Part shown: in pieces, positions 22,797-35,822 of the stretch
Position numbering within the stretch: position 1 is the first letter of the stretch
Layout of the letters: each line of letters begins with the position of its first letter
Assembly: GCF_018350175.1 (NCBI RefSeq)
Contig: NC_058368.1
Coordinates: forward strand, 2,852,001 to 2,916,000
Origin: Felis catus
Lineage: Eukaryota
Length of the DNA stretch: 64,000 bases
Direction of reading: 5' to 3'
The notes under the pieces: model-generated
The model's database searches: none
Told to the model about the DNA's origin: nothing
What the model saw: the letters and a program-made list of their open reading frames with translations, nothing else
Program-made: the position numbers and the translations under genes

Positions 22797-23025
22797 TTTA
22801 AATTTTTTTTAAATTTTTTTTTCAACTTTTATTTATTTTTGGGACAGAGAGAGACAGAGCATGAACGGGGAAGGGGCAGAGAGAGAGGGAGACACAGAAT
22901 CGGAAACAGGCTCCAGGCTCTGAGCCATCAGCCCAGAGCCTGACGCGGGGCTGGAACCCACGGACCGCAAGATCGTGACCCGGCTGAAGCCGGACGCTTA
23001 GCCGACTGCGCCACCTAGGCGCCCC
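22797..23025 (-). mobile_element. Young felid SINE
   Basis: TSD tctctgttccagtcttt (22780-22796 / 23026-23042). Confidence 0.96.
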
Positions 23026-23341
23026 TCTCTGTTCCAGTCTTTATGCAACATTCCCTCCTCAGGAAACCTCTGTCAATGAGGCCTTCAAGTGATTGGATGA
23101 GGCCCACCAACTTTATGGAGAGTAATCTGCTTTACTCAAAGTCTACTGGCTGTAAATGTTAATTATGTTTAAAAAATACCTTTCCAACAATATATGGAAG
23201 GGGTTTGACCAAATAACTAGGCACTATAGCCAGGTCAAGTTGGCACAGAAAATCAACCACCATTACGAGCATAATGGGATCGCCAATGGCAAAACCTGGA
23301 GATTCTTTTGAGTTCTTATAATTCCTGTTTTGGGAGGCGGA

Positions 23342-23500
23342 CAAGCCTGGGATCGAGTCTCAGTTCTGCCGTCGTTATGTGTGTGATCTTGGGGGCTGCA
23401 TTCAATACTTCAGGATTTATCTGTGAGTTTTCTCACAGCTAAAGTGGGGAGAGTCATGGTATCTGTGCATCTCGTAGTATTGAAATGGGAGAAGACATAC
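23342..23500. mobile_element. MIR fragment
   Basis: cctgggatcgagtctcagttctgcc...tgtgtgatcttggg. Confidence 0.5.
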
Positions 23501-24112
23501 AGATCCCTGACGTGCGACGTGTTCCCCCTCAGGCGGTGGTGGCAGGGCCGCCTCGCTCAGTCACTGCAGCTGTGACCCAGTACGTTTGGAAGGTCAGGAA
23601 CTGAGAGGTGAGGTACTTCCCCCGAGTCATAGAGGCAGCAAATGTCAGGGTCAACATCTGAGATAAGATCTTTCTGACCCTTCTCACCACACCAAATAGT
23701 AGGTGTTCCAAGGTGTCGAAGACGACGAGTGGGGAGCCTCTGAGGGACAGATGAACCCATGTGTGGTGTCCACGCCCCATCCCTGCAGGAGCCTGGAGCA
23801 CACGTGGTACATGTGACCGGGCAGGGGACCCACTTACAACCAGGCTTTGCCGAACCTCTCAGTTCACTGAATTGCCCCTTTCCCCTCATGCTTAGGGACA
23901 CCAAAACCCACAAAAATGTATTGGATAAAATAAGTCTCTTATATTAACATCCGGGGAGGAGAGTCTTCTCAAGTATCTGCCTTTCTGTTGCTACAAAATA
24001 TGATTTTATTGACATCATATGCATATTGGTCATCTCATGAAGACATGTTTGCGTTATATTCGTTGTACTTTCGGGAGAGATAACTCAGGAGAGCAATTCA
24101 GTGCATATTTAA

Positions 24113-24339
24113 ATTTTTAATTTTTTTTTAAAGTTTATTTATTTCCTTTGAGAGAGAGAGAGAGAGAGAGAGAGGCAGGGAGTGGCAGAGAGAAAGAGGG
24201 AGAGAGAGAGAATCCTAAGAGGGCTCTGCCCCATCAGCATAGAGCCTGAAACAGGGCTCAAACTCACAAAGTGTGAGATCATGACCCGAACTGAAACCAA
24301 GATTTGGACACTCAACTGACTGAACGGCCCAGGGGCCCC
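24113..24339 (-). mobile_element. Older Can-SINE
   Basis: SINE body; TSD catatttaaa. Confidence 0.9.
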
Positions 24340-25596
24340 CATATTTAAAAAAATTTTAATCCGAAAAAGATGGGAGCAAAAACATCTTTCTCTTAAGAGA
24401 TTTCTTTACCTATGAGAGTATCTCCAGACCCAAAGAGTAGTACTTCTGAATTGTCTCTGCGTCATTTTATTCCTGCACACTTACATGGCTTTGTGATCTC
24501 TTTAAGTGTCTATTTTCCCCGCTGACGTGTCACCTTCTTACAGGTATGGCCAGGGCCTCAATCACCTTTGTTACTGCCTTACTTAGGCGTGTGTTATACA
24601 CTCAAAAAATAGTAAAAGAATATAAGAAGGAAAAGGCAAGAAGAGAAAAAGAAGGTACAATGAAAGAAGGAAGGAAAGAACAGAAAGCAGAAAAAGAAAA
24701 TGAACCAAACTACTTACCCAGTTCTGGGCATTCATGCTACCTGAGCTTTACTACATTTTCTTAAGCCTGCTGTGCCCATCAGCGACACTCAATCAGTAAG
24801 TCACATGCTCTCTGAAGGGCCACTTCTGTTTCCGGTAAGATACGAGCAGAACATGTTAAGTAGAGAGAGTATTCTGCCTTTGTTATTAATTATAGCTTCC
24901 CTCCCGCTCATGAAGCTGCTTGGTAGCCTATAGAACAGGAGGAAATGGAGGTTGAAAGTTTGCCAGCAGACAACTTAGCTCTGTAAATGAGAGCTGAGGC
25001 CCCAAGAGCACGGAAGCCCCGTGAGTCTCTCTGTTCGTAGTGTGGAAAAGGGACGCTCTGCAGTGTTTCCACATGTACAGCATGACAACAAGCGAGGAAG
25101 TGTCATCGGCTGCCGCTTAGCAGTGAAAATACTTGGGGGCTTCGAAGAGCCAACTGCTGCTTTGTCTAAGCCACACCCTGTTTTATCCACGCACACCCTC
25201 CAGTGTGCTTACCTTGTTACGGTTTGTTACGGTCACCTATGGATCCAATTTGGGAGCAGTGGCTGTAACGGTACGTATCATCGGTGGGATGGGTGACTGC
25301 TTTCTTTCATTCGATGCTCAACACAGTCGTATGAGCAAAGTGACGATTTTAGCGGGGAGGAACCAGAGACCCAGAGCACTCTAATAGCTTGTCCTAGGGA
25401 CATCAAGGAAAGATCTAGAACTGGGATCCTTGGTAGCCTTGTCCCAAGGAACGTGCTTTTAACCACCTAGCTATGTCCTTTTTCAGAAGGAGGAAGTATG
25501 TGAGACAAGATCACTTGGATTTTCCTAGATGCGGGGAAAAAAATGACCACAAGTGTCTTCCTTATGTGTTTAGAGTGCTAGGGGTTAAATTTGAGA

Positions 25597-25835
25597 TTTT
25601 TTTTTCTTTTTTTTTTTTTTTTAATTTTTTTTCAACGTTTATTTATTTTTGGGACAGAGAGAGACAGAGCATGAACGGGGGAGGGGCAGAGAGAGAGGGA
25701 GACACAGAATCGGAAGCAGGCTCCAGGCTCTGAGCCATCAGCCCAGAGCCTGACGCGGGGCTCGAACTCACGGACCGCGAGATCGTGACCTGGCTGGAGT
25801 CGGACGCTTAACCGACTGCGCCACCCAGGCGCCCC
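25597..25835 (-). mobile_element. Very young felid SINE (CpGs intact)
   Basis: Near-consensus; TSD gagattttttttt. Confidence 0.97.
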
Positions 25836-26433
25836 AAGAGATTTTTTTTTTCTTATCACTTCTGTCTATCTCTCTTTCTCTCTCCTTTTTTTTTTTTTGT
25901 TTTTGTTTTTTATTAGCTTATAGAAGCTGAGTCTGCCGCCTCCGGTCAACTCCCTGAGGTGTATGTAACTCAGGGCCTACTTAGGACAAGGATATGGATC
26001 CAAAATGGTGACGTCTGAACTGTGGCTACTACTGATCTTTCCGGTAAGAGCCCCTTCTGGACTCTCTGGAATAGATTCTTCTCATAGGCCATCACTTGGG
26101 ATAACTATTCCCAGAGGTTGCCAGGATTCTATCACTCGCTGAACCGGGCTTAAACACCTGCGTCCACCTCTGCTACAAGCTTCTACTGCACACCTTGGAA
26201 TCACACGAACTAAGAGAGTATATCTGGTCCTTTGTCCCCCCCTCCACCCTGACATTCAAGAAAGAAATAAAGAATTCGAGTAATTTTGCCCTTGGAAATC
26301 CTCAAACATTTTGCAGTCCGTATGTCTAATTCAGTTCAGCCTGCATCTGCGGCCGTGTTTATTCTAACAATAATCACGGTGCTTCCATTTCTGTTCAGGT
26401 GTGCTGATTTTAACTAATTACTACATTCATTCA

Positions 26434-26630
26434 TTTTCTCTTTTTAGTTTAGAGAGAAAGAGCACACGAGTGGGGGGAGAGGGCAAGAAGGAGGGGGAGA
26501 GAATCTTCAGCAGGCTCCGCACTCAGTACGGAGCCCAAAGTGGGATTCGATCCCACCACCCTGGGATCATGGCTTGATCTGAAATCCAGACTCGGAGACG
26601 CTCAACCAACTGAGCCACCCGGGCGCCCCC
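26434..26630 (-). mobile_element. Can-SINE (older subfamily with cccaccaccctgggatcat)
   Basis: SINE head gagccacccgggcgcccc. Confidence 0.88.
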
Positions 26631-27024
26631 CGAGTTGTGCTGATTCTAAAACGCTTTCACAAACAGTAGAGACAAAGCCGTGTTGGGAGCGTGGGGGGCT
26701 CTGTGCTGGGTACTGGGAAATCAATGATGCGGAGGACTCAGCCCCTAGTTCACATAAGGGCTGCCCCAAGAAAGGGACGGCTGTCTCCCTAGGCTTGGAG
26801 GGAGGAACCCTTCGGCCAGGATGTCCTGATAGCCTTTGGCTGTCGCACGCGCTGGCCCCGTAAACCCAGAGAAAATAACAGTCCCTCTTTCATCTGGCCG
26901 CTGTGACGGTTATTGGTTACGGGGTTCATGTAAAGGGCTAGAACAGTCTCTGGCGCTTAATAAGTCTACTCAGGCAAGACTCCCTCCAGGAGGCGGGAGA
27001 AGTTAGACCCACGGGTTTCTGTCC

Positions 27025-27478
27025 AATGATGGCGTATAACAAGCAACTCAGAATCTCACGGCTTGCAACAACACATATTTGTTATTCGTGGTTGGGCCCG
27101 GGGGTCGGTTAGGACTCAGCTGGCCCAGGCGGCCCCGCAGACTCCACCTGCTGGTCCGGGAACGCTCTGCGTGTGTCTCTTCTCACCACCTAGTCTGAGG
27201 CATCGGCCTCCGGGGGGGGCGAGCTCTTCTCGCAGTGCTCAGCCGTGCCATACGGTTAGCAGTGATGGGTGACGGTTCTTAAGGCCTGTCACTCGAGTGG
27301 TAAGCGACGGTTCTTGGTGTGGAGCTGGGTTCGGTTGGGTGCCCCTGCCTCCCCTTTTCCACTGGCCAAAGGAGGCCATATGGCCAAGCTCACCCGCTCG
27401 ATCCCGTCTGCCCACGGTGAACCATGGCAAGGGCAGGAAAGAAGGAAAAATTGTGAGAAAACAGTGCAGTCTACCACA
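27025..27478 (-). mobile_element. MaLR LTR (MLT1-like)
   Basis: aatctcacggcttgcaacaacacatattt...cactggccaaaggaggccatatggccaagc...gcagtctaccaca. Confidence 0.55.
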
Positions 27479-28672
27479 GATGGCTTTCAGACACGAACAT
27501 TAACCACTCGGGGTTTGATGAGATTGTAGACACCTTGAAGGAAGGAGTCACTTTGTCCTGAAGGAAGGAATCGCTTGCTCTGCACCTGATAGACGTAGAC
27601 GATTTTCACGTGACGCCCTCAGTCAAAATCAGAATCACAGCGAATTCGTTAGCTACGGCAAAATGCCCACCTTTTTAAACACCTGTTTTTTTGTTTTTTT
27701 TTTAGCAACAGGTCACCTGCTTTACCTGGAGATGGGATAAGGTGCTGGAGAGAACAGTCCCTCCCCATTAAGGTACCAGCGCTCTTGTGAGGGAGACACA
27801 CGGCAAGGGCTGTAATTGGGTCAGACCTGAGGTCTCTACCTTTTGTCATTTGGTTGTTGGAAGGAGACTGTTATCAGATGTGGCCCTAAAGGCCTGTGGT
27901 AAACTGAGCAATCATGCGCACTCTGTGATTTCCAAAGGCCAGACTGATCGCTGTGGTTGACTTCATGATAAGACCCCTAGGAGAGGTTAGGGGTTTCAAA
28001 GAAGGCCTTGCAGAAAATAGATATTCTCAACTGGAGTTTCTTCCAGAACTCTGGTCCCTGGAGAACATTCTTCTCATACCCATACCTCTGAAAGGAAGGA
28101 TGCTAGGAATTCACATTCTGGTCTTCCAACTTATGGTAGACGATATCTCTCCAGGCAACAGGCTGCCCCGGAACTTGAGCCGTGGTCAGGAGAATCATCT
28201 CACTGGCTCTGCCTCCAATCTGGGGAGAAGGAGGACGGGGTCCTTTGGGGAGGTGGAGTAAAGCGTATGAACAAAATCTCAGCCAGTGTTTAATTATTAG
28301 CCAAACACTCTGTTTGTGTCTCTGTATTTTCATGGTGTTGTGCATGCATCCAGTCCTTCACTCTTACAAATGTCCTATGGGTTAGGTGTTATTTTTCTTC
28401 CCTTTTAAGAGTTTTGGAGAGGCTAAATGTCTTGGTCAGCGTACCTGCAGAGGGTGAACTCCTAACTACCACTTTTGCTTTCCTTTATTTGAATCAGTGG
28501 TTCTTAATTTTGGAGTGATCCTGGACTTTTTTGAAAATCCGACATGACCTCACACCCTTGCTCCTCAACAATATGTAAACACACAAGCAGGTTTAATTTT
28601 CAGAAAATGTCGCTGATCCTTTAAAAACCATTCATGGAAGGTAGGTTAAATATCTGTAATAAAAATGGTCCA

Positions 28673-28895
28673 GGGGCGCCTGGGTGGCTCAGGTGGTTAA
28701 GTGTCTGACTCTTGATTTCAGCTCAGGTCATGATCTCACGGTTTGTGGGTTCGAGCCCTGAGTCAGGCTCTGGGCTGACAGTGTGGAGCCGGCTTGGGAT
28801 TCTCCCGCCCAGCCCTCCCTCTCTGCCCCTCCCACACTAGTGCACTCTCTTTCTTCTTCTCTCTCAACATAAATAAATAAACTTAAAAAAAAAAA
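28673..28895 (+). mobile_element. Can-SINE
   Basis: ggggcgcctgggtggctcagg..., A tail. Confidence 0.94.
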
Positions 28896-29949
28896 CAACC
28901 GTGCAGACTTACCTAGAGAAAAACTATGTTCAGATTAAGAGCTGATGGGTAGATTTAATTTAGAAACTATAGCTTTTTGGAAGGAAAGGTGAGGTCCTGG
29001 GACACAAAACTGCCGTGTCCTTTAAAACTGAATGTGCGAACAGTGTCATTCACACATGCGCACACACTTGCACTGCACACACTCCCAAAGCCACATTTCT
29101 TGGACTGGCTGCTGTTGCGAGTTTAGAGGGCTCCCATTCATGTTTGGATGTGGTGATGCTCAGCCTGACACAATATTCTCATTTTACTTGAGATGGTAGA
29201 CCAAAAAGTAAGGCTGGTAGAAATTGTGCTGAGGACATCTTAGTTGAGAAGATGCCAGCTCTTCCCCATCGCAGCTGAGTCATATGTGTCAAGAAAATCC
29301 CCTCTGGAGGCATTTTGGCCAAATTCAAATAGGTCAGAGTCCCAGAAAGATTAATTAACTGCAGGAACTGTTTTTTGGCTGATGGGAGCACAGAACCTAT
29401 TATTCCCTTAATAAGGCAGCTTCCTCAGTGAATCATGGGAGCTTGGACAGGCTCAGGGAAAGACAAAAGGACATTTTTAATTAAAGTGTCATATGATCTT
29501 CTTTCCTAATATCTGTATTGCCCTAGAAATTATATCTCCATCGCGAGAGGGACTGGCTTAACGCTTTCCGCACCCCTTACGTAGAATAAACATTGTTTGA
29601 CTTCAATCTTGACGAACTAGCTGTACAAGATGTATTTTGTTTCCCCTTATTGGGTCATGTGTAGTGTGGTTACCTATTATTAGAATTTTTCATGACAATG
29701 AACAAATGGTGATGATAAAGATGGGCAATCCTCCCACCCGGTAAAAATTCAATAAATGACAAGTGAAACGAATCAGACGTTCTCGTGGAATCCCCTGTGT
29801 TCTGGGAAGAGACTTTTCACATTTGTGTCTTTGGTTGTTCATGTCAAAGAAGGAAACTGAAGGATAGCGAAAGAGATGACCCAGGATATCTGTCAACAGT
29901 TTTGCCTTGTACTTAGAAGTAAGATATGGGAATCAATGGATGAATGGAT

Positions 29950-30670
29950 CAATTCATCAAAGAGTATTCTCATATTTACAGACCACCTGTTATGTGCCAG
30001 TCACTGTCCCGGGTCCTAGGGACACAGAGGTAGATATTTCATAGTAAATGCACAGGGATGAATCTTGTCTTGCTTTACTGAAATTGGTCCACAGGGTGCT
30101 ATTGAACATAACCCAAGTTTGGGTGAATGCATATTGCTTCCTCAAGAAATGCCTCCCTGAGGATGAAATTTATAGTCTAATATCTGGAGGAGGAGTTGAA
30201 ATTGCTCAGGCAAAAGCAGGGAGGAAGAAAAAAAGAGAGAAAGAGAGAAAGAATTTCCAGGCACAATCCCCAGCATTTACAAAGGTCTTGAGACTGAAAG
30301 AAAAAGGCAGAAGTGCAGAAAAGTCCAATGAGGTTGGATTATGGTGAATTAAGGGGGTGAGTGGGTGGTGATGGGACTGGAGATGGAGATCCATAGTCCT
30401 GATAAGGCTTTTGAACCTGGGTCCGACACAGAAGGGTTTTAAGCAGGGGAATGATATGAGAAGATGATTGCATTGCAAAGATCACTTAGGTGTCCGTGTA
30501 GGCGGGATGAGAGTGTTTGACAGAAGACAATCTACGGCCCGCAATGCCCATGTTTCGGTGAGAGATGACATTGCCTTAGGTGACCGTGGTGACATTGGCC
30601 ACGGAAGTGGACGCAATCAAGGAACATTTAAGATGCAGAATTGGCAAAATTTGGTAATTGACTGAATGCA
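29950..30670 (-). mobile_element. L2 remnant
   Basis: cacctgttatgtgccagtcactgtcccgggtcctagggacacagag; gggttttaagcaggggaatgatatga; ggtgagagatgac. Confidence 0.6.
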
Positions 30671-31235
30671 AGGATGAGAGCTGGTTGGATCACAGAATTA
30701 TGTGTGTTCAAGGGGATAAAGAGGAGATGAAAAGCCAACCTGGTGACACACAGGCACAGAGGGATCTTATGATTTCTCATGTTCTCAGTATGGCGTTTCG
30801 TGGTTTCTGTGCCATAATATCTTTAATTCTTGCAACTACCCTATGGTTAAGGTCTTCTTAGAAAACTCTTTCTTAATCTAAATAAGTGTCACCATGTCCA
30901 TTCTCCTCCTCTGGAGGAGGAGGAAGAAAACAGGGGCCATGCTTTGTTCAAGTCTGACTATTAAGTGCATATGGCAACCTGAGCTGCTATCACGAAAGCC
31001 AACTCAGGAACGAGCATCACCATTGCTTTTAAGAATTGCATCTGTTGGTAGGAAAGATAGAACCCATAGGTATGAAAACAGTGGAGGGCACTTCAAATAC
31101 AGCCCAATGCAAGTGAGAAGAGGCTCTGCAGGCTGAATGCTGCCTCGGAAGCTAGGAGAGGGCAGAGGATTGACTGGAGACGTGTAACTCTCTGAGCGGG
31201 AGCTTTCCGGAGGAGATGAGATGTAAGCCAGGTTT

Positions 31236-31560
31236 CTTTTTAAAATAAACTTTTAATTTTAGGATAGTTGTACAGAAAATTTGCACAGAGAGTGCAGAGA
31301 GCTCCCGTCGGACCCAGGGACTCCCTTATTGCTCACGTCTTACGTTACTAGGGCACATTTGTCACAACTAACAAACCCAGACATTACTGTTACTGAAGTC
31401 CATACCTTGTATAGACTTCATTAGTTTTTCCCCAGTGGCCTTTTTCTATTCCATGATCCCGCATTACATCTGGTTGTCATTTCTCCCGAGGCCCCTCCTA
31501 GCTGGGACTTCTCAGTTTCCTGGGTTTTGATGACCTTGGTGGTTTTGACAAGCATCTGTC
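31236..31560 (-). mobile_element. Old L1 (L1MC/MD-like) 3' end
   Basis: tacagaaaatttgcacagagagtgcagagagctccc...catttgtcacaactaa...gatgaccttggtggttttga. Confidence 0.65.
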
Positions 31561-31739
31561 TGACTGACCTCTTTCCGTTTTTGTTTTGCTTGAACGTCAC
31601 CACTGTGGGAAGACTTGTTTGCCGAGGGACGACCCTTCGTACAGATTCCTACGGCTCCCCGTGCTCCCCTTGGGGTCCATTCTCCCAATTTTTTTCCATT
31701 AATGTGTGCATTACTTTTTTCTTTTTTTTCTTGTCAGTA

Positions 31740-32100
31740 ATTCGATGACATTTATTCATCACTTAATTATGTACTAGGCGCGTGTTCGAGGTGCTGGAGA
31801 GAGAGCAGTGAACACGTTAAGTGGATCTAGAGCTCATAAATACCGCCGGGAAAAAAAAATAAAACAGAGGCCAACGGGGTGTGCCCGGATAGGGGGAGTT
31901 TTAAGTTGAAATGGAAGGATCAGAGGAAGCCTAATTGCAAAGGTGACACGTAGGCAAAGATATGAAAGGGGTGAAGGAAAAGCCCACGCTACCTGGGGGA
32001 AGAGGGCCCAGAAGTGAACAGGCTTACCCAGTCACATAGCGCGCGAGCACCGGAGGTGGGATTTGAACCCAGACCGTCTGGCCGCAGACTTTTTGACCTT
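31740..32100. mobile_element. L2 fragment followed by MIR fragment
   Basis: catttattcatcacttaattatgtactaggc...ggtgctggaga; gggatttgaacccaga. Confidence 0.5.
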
Positions 32101-33449
32101 GAACACAACGTCGTGCTCCCCCAAATGCTGCATGTGTGTGAGCCCAGGACCAAGAATGACCCAGTGGGTTAAGCAATGTGAGTTTGCTCGGGGATCTTGC
32201 AAGGGCAGCTTCGAGTGAGCTGGGGAGGAGATAGAATGATGGAGGGGGTCGATGGGAACAGAGGAGAGACGAACAAACGATGCTTGGGAATACCTTGGCC
32301 CTCAAGGGGGGTGAGAAACATTAGGATGGCCATAGGGAGGCGTGGGGTCAAAGAGGAATTTATTTCTCTTAGCAGGAGGAATTAGGGCGCACATGTAGGC
32401 TGGAGGGATGAACGGGGAGACAAGGGAAAAAAAGGATGCTGTCAGAGAGAGGGGAGGATTTTAGTTCTACATTTGTGACCGGATGGTTGTCTATGTAGTT
32501 GCTTAATTTCTGGGTTCCCGGCTGAAGCAGGAAGTGCCAGGTGAGGGAGTCTTACTTTTCTGGAGCCCACTGCCCGCACCTCATTGCCCGGTGATGAATG
32601 AATGATGCCGTTCACAAGATGTAAGTGGAACCCCTGGTGCCCCCACGCTGCCCATCTTCCCCGAGCCGCTGTGACTGGACCCCAGGAAGGTCTCTGTTCC
32701 GTGGCCACCTGCCTGCAGACCCGACCCTCTGCCCGCTGCTTCCACTCGAGGTCCCACTCCAAAACCCCCAGACATCACTGAGGGGTTAATGGAGAGAGAA
32801 GCAAGGTGGCATTTGACCCCGGCACGCTTCGCCCAAAGCCTTGGAAAATCTCTCCCTAGGGCGCCTGCTTTCCACCCCTTTCCTCTGCCCCCCTGAACCT
32901 CTGTCTTTCCAACTGCAGGGCTCTGACCCCCTGCTCCACCATCCACTCAGACCCTCAGTCTCTTCTTCCGGCCCTGTGCTTCCAGACCTCCGGGAGAGTG
33001 AGAATGGGCCTCATCCATCCCCCACGCTGCTGTAGGAAGCCTGGAAAGTGCCCCGGGGCGCTGAAAAATCTCACAGGCAGAAGGCAGGGGTGGGGCTTCA
33101 GTTGCGATGCTTTTCCCAGCGAGGGCCTTGTTTCCTGGGACCGAATCCCAGGCTCTGGGAAAGGCAGCCCCGTTTCCCACAAGCCCAGGGTGGGGGTGGG
33201 GGGTTCCCGGAACTCCAAGGTGAGGCTGGAGAGATGAATCACGCACCTGCAAGGCTGGGGCTCCTTTGCTAGGCAACCACAATTGTTGTCAAGGCATCTG
33301 TTGAAACGTGGGATAATGCTCTTCCCCCCCCCCATCAGGTTTGGAGGGCAAAAACAAAAAGCTTCACATATTTTTCGAGGTACCACACATCCACCCACTC
33401 ATAAAAATCCACCCACCCACGGGGACACGCTTTTCTCTCTTCTTCCTCT

Positions 33450-33548
33450 TACACATGCACACATATGCACACGCGCACACACACACACACACGCACTTTC
33501 ACCACACTCCCCCCCCGCCCCCAAACCAGTCTGCCCCCCCCCCCCCCA
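33450..33548. repeat. (CA)n plus poly-C low-complexity tract
   Basis: Direct reading. Confidence 0.85.
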
Positions 33549-33719
33549 GATGCACAGGGTGCTACGCGCCCATCTGGGCCTGACCTGCCTACACTGTTTG
33601 CCCAAAATACTTGTGAGTATATATACAGCGTGGTACGGAACCAATTTGTGAAGCAAGTGTGGGGGCTCCAGGGCACTCCGCCATTTCCTCTTGTCCCCAA
33701 GGCTGTTAAACTAAATTAT

Positions 33720-33990
33720 AGGGGCCGGGAGAAGGGACGGGCCAGCTGTGCTTCAGCTGCAGGCACCAGTTGTTGTGACAAAGTGCAAAGTGTGGGCACC
33801 AACAGATCCTTCACTGTGGAGCCAGAAATAGGCTGATGATTGGACCGCATGCGCTGAGGGGAGGAGAGAGGGGGACCCCCCATGGCCTGTGAGCACTGGG
33901 CTCAGCCCAGGAGGGGACCAGCGCTTTCCAGTGGCAGGTGCGCCCCACCCACGGCCACATGGTCTCTGCGTTTTATTACGTGGGGGCAGG
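33720..33990. promoter_or_regulatory. Candidate cis-regulatory cluster
   Basis: Two CAGCTG E-boxes, ATTGG (reverse CCAAT), NRF1-like CGCATGCGC, CCCCACCC KLF site; motifs only. Confidence 0.3.
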
Positions 33991-35149
33991 TTTTATTTTT
34001 TCTAAATCTTTCTTAAAATTGACAAGGGTTTTGGTCTCTGTTTTGGTTTTGTTTTTAAAATTTCCCCACAGTTTCCTGTTGTGCTGCCTCTTTGGCTGAG
34101 TTCAGCGTTACTGTTGCCTATAATTACTGTGAGGCTTGTGACAAGGGCTGAGAAATCTAAGTTGACATTCAAGGTGCATTACACTTGAATAAACCCAGAG
34201 ACAGAGTAACGCACATGGGTTTGGAGTTGCCCCTGTGTTTTGTCTAGATTAACAAATTTAGACGGCTCTTGGTTTGCATAGCATTAATAACCACTGGGGC
34301 AATCTCTGGAACTTGTAAACTCTGCTCATAAATAGTCACTAAAGTGTGAGGTTGAATAAACATTACCTCAATGGTTCGAGAAGAATCGGCCAGCGTGGAA
34401 CCAAACTGTGCTTTGAAATAAGACCTTCCTCATTTGTGAGAAGTGGAGAGAGGACAGGATGGGGACACTAAACAGTGGTTACTTTGATTCCTGGGCTATT
34501 TAGCAACCACAAGTGACCACAAACAGTTGACCTCGTCTCATGGTGCCTCAGTTTCTCTCTCATTCCCTCTAGAATAGGCACAATGGTCTACTGGCATTTC
34601 ATGTCCTCACTTTATTCATTCTGTGTTGGAAGAAGAACTGAGAATCTTTTTCTTAAGTTCTGTAGTCACATCACATGGATGTAGGTATTTTGACTTTCAA
34701 AGACCCCTTGACACCTTCCAACTCAGCATCGTTTACAAATGGTGAACTTCGGGCCCAGGGAGCTGTGTGTGTTTGATTAGGGCCTTCACGAGAGACACAG
34801 CCGAGGCATAATGTCTTGAGCCTTCTGTAATCTGAGTCTGTCAGCCTTGCTGTCATGGTCCCCTTTGGCCTGTCGAGACCAGGCACGTTTCGTGGCAGAG
34901 ACAGACTGCCCCAGAAATGGCAGAGCATCACTGAGGAGACGCTTGCCCGTGAAGATACATGAGAATTTGAAGTCTTGATGGTGACTTAAAAATCATAAAG
35001 GAACAAATGTTCTCATCATAGAGCCTTATTTTTTCCTCAGAATATTCTTCTCACCACACACTCTAACATGTCTAAATGAAGGAAAGCCGAGAGTCTCAGA
35101 ATATGTAGGAAAGTAGCTTCCAGTGATTGGGTGCGGGAACCTCACTAAC

Positions 35150-35325
35150 CATTTGTAGTATTAATGTTATTTGCTCTGTGCTTACAGTGGGCCAGGATTT
35201 TACGTAACATCTCCTTAGTCCTCGCAACACGTCTTTGAGGTAGGTACTGTTATTAGCCGTGTTTCATATTTGAGAAAACTAAGGTGTAAGTATGTTAACT
35301 CATTTGCCCAAGGTCATGCAGCTGG
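35150..35325. mobile_element. MIR
   Basis: tttgaggtaggtactgttattagcc..tttgagaaaactaagg..catttgcccaaggtca. Confidence 0.65.
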
Positions 35326-35339
35326 TGACGTCACCAGCA

Positions 35340-35341
35340 TT

Positions 35342-35380
<39 letters not shown>

Positions 35381-35542
35381 TGAGAGAGAAGGGGAGAGAG
35401 AGAGAGAGAGAAGGAGAGAATCTCAAGCAGGTGCCATGCTCAGAACGGAGCCCAACGTCGGGCTCAATGCCATGACCTTGGGATTATGCCCCGAGCTGAT
35501 ATCAAGAGCTGGACACTCAACCGACTGAGCCACCCAAGCGCC
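35340..35542 (-). mobile_element. Can-SINE with (TTTA)n tail
   Basis: SINE body; near-TSD tcaccagcatttta / tcagcagcgtttta. Confidence 0.9.
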
Positions 35543-35611
35543 TCAGCAGCGTTTTAATTTTAACCCGGAGATTCTGACAACCCACGTTGTTTGCCCTCGT
35601 CTTTGATGAAA

Positions 35612-35822
35612 TTTTTTTTTTCAACGTTTTATTTTTGGGACAGAGAGAGACAGAGCATGAATGGGGGAGGGGCAGAGAGAGAGGGAGACACAGAATCGGA
35701 AACAGGCTCCGGGCTCTGAGCCATCAGCCCAGAGCCTGACGCGGGGCTCGAACTCACAAACCGCGAGATCACGGCCTGAGCCGAAGTCGGACGCTCAACC
35801 GACTGAGCCCCCCGGGCGCCCC
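35612..35822 (-). mobile_element. Felid SINE
   Basis: Near-consensus body ending cccgggcgcccc. Confidence 0.95.

Larger units (their letters stand above)
22191..23263 (-). mobile_element. ERVL LTR (MLT2-like) containing a TCTA array and a SINE
   Basis: tgtattagtcaaggttc..ctccagagaagcagaac; aaggaattggctcac; aatctgctttactcaaagtctac; caagttggcacagaaaatcaacca. Confidence 0.8.
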
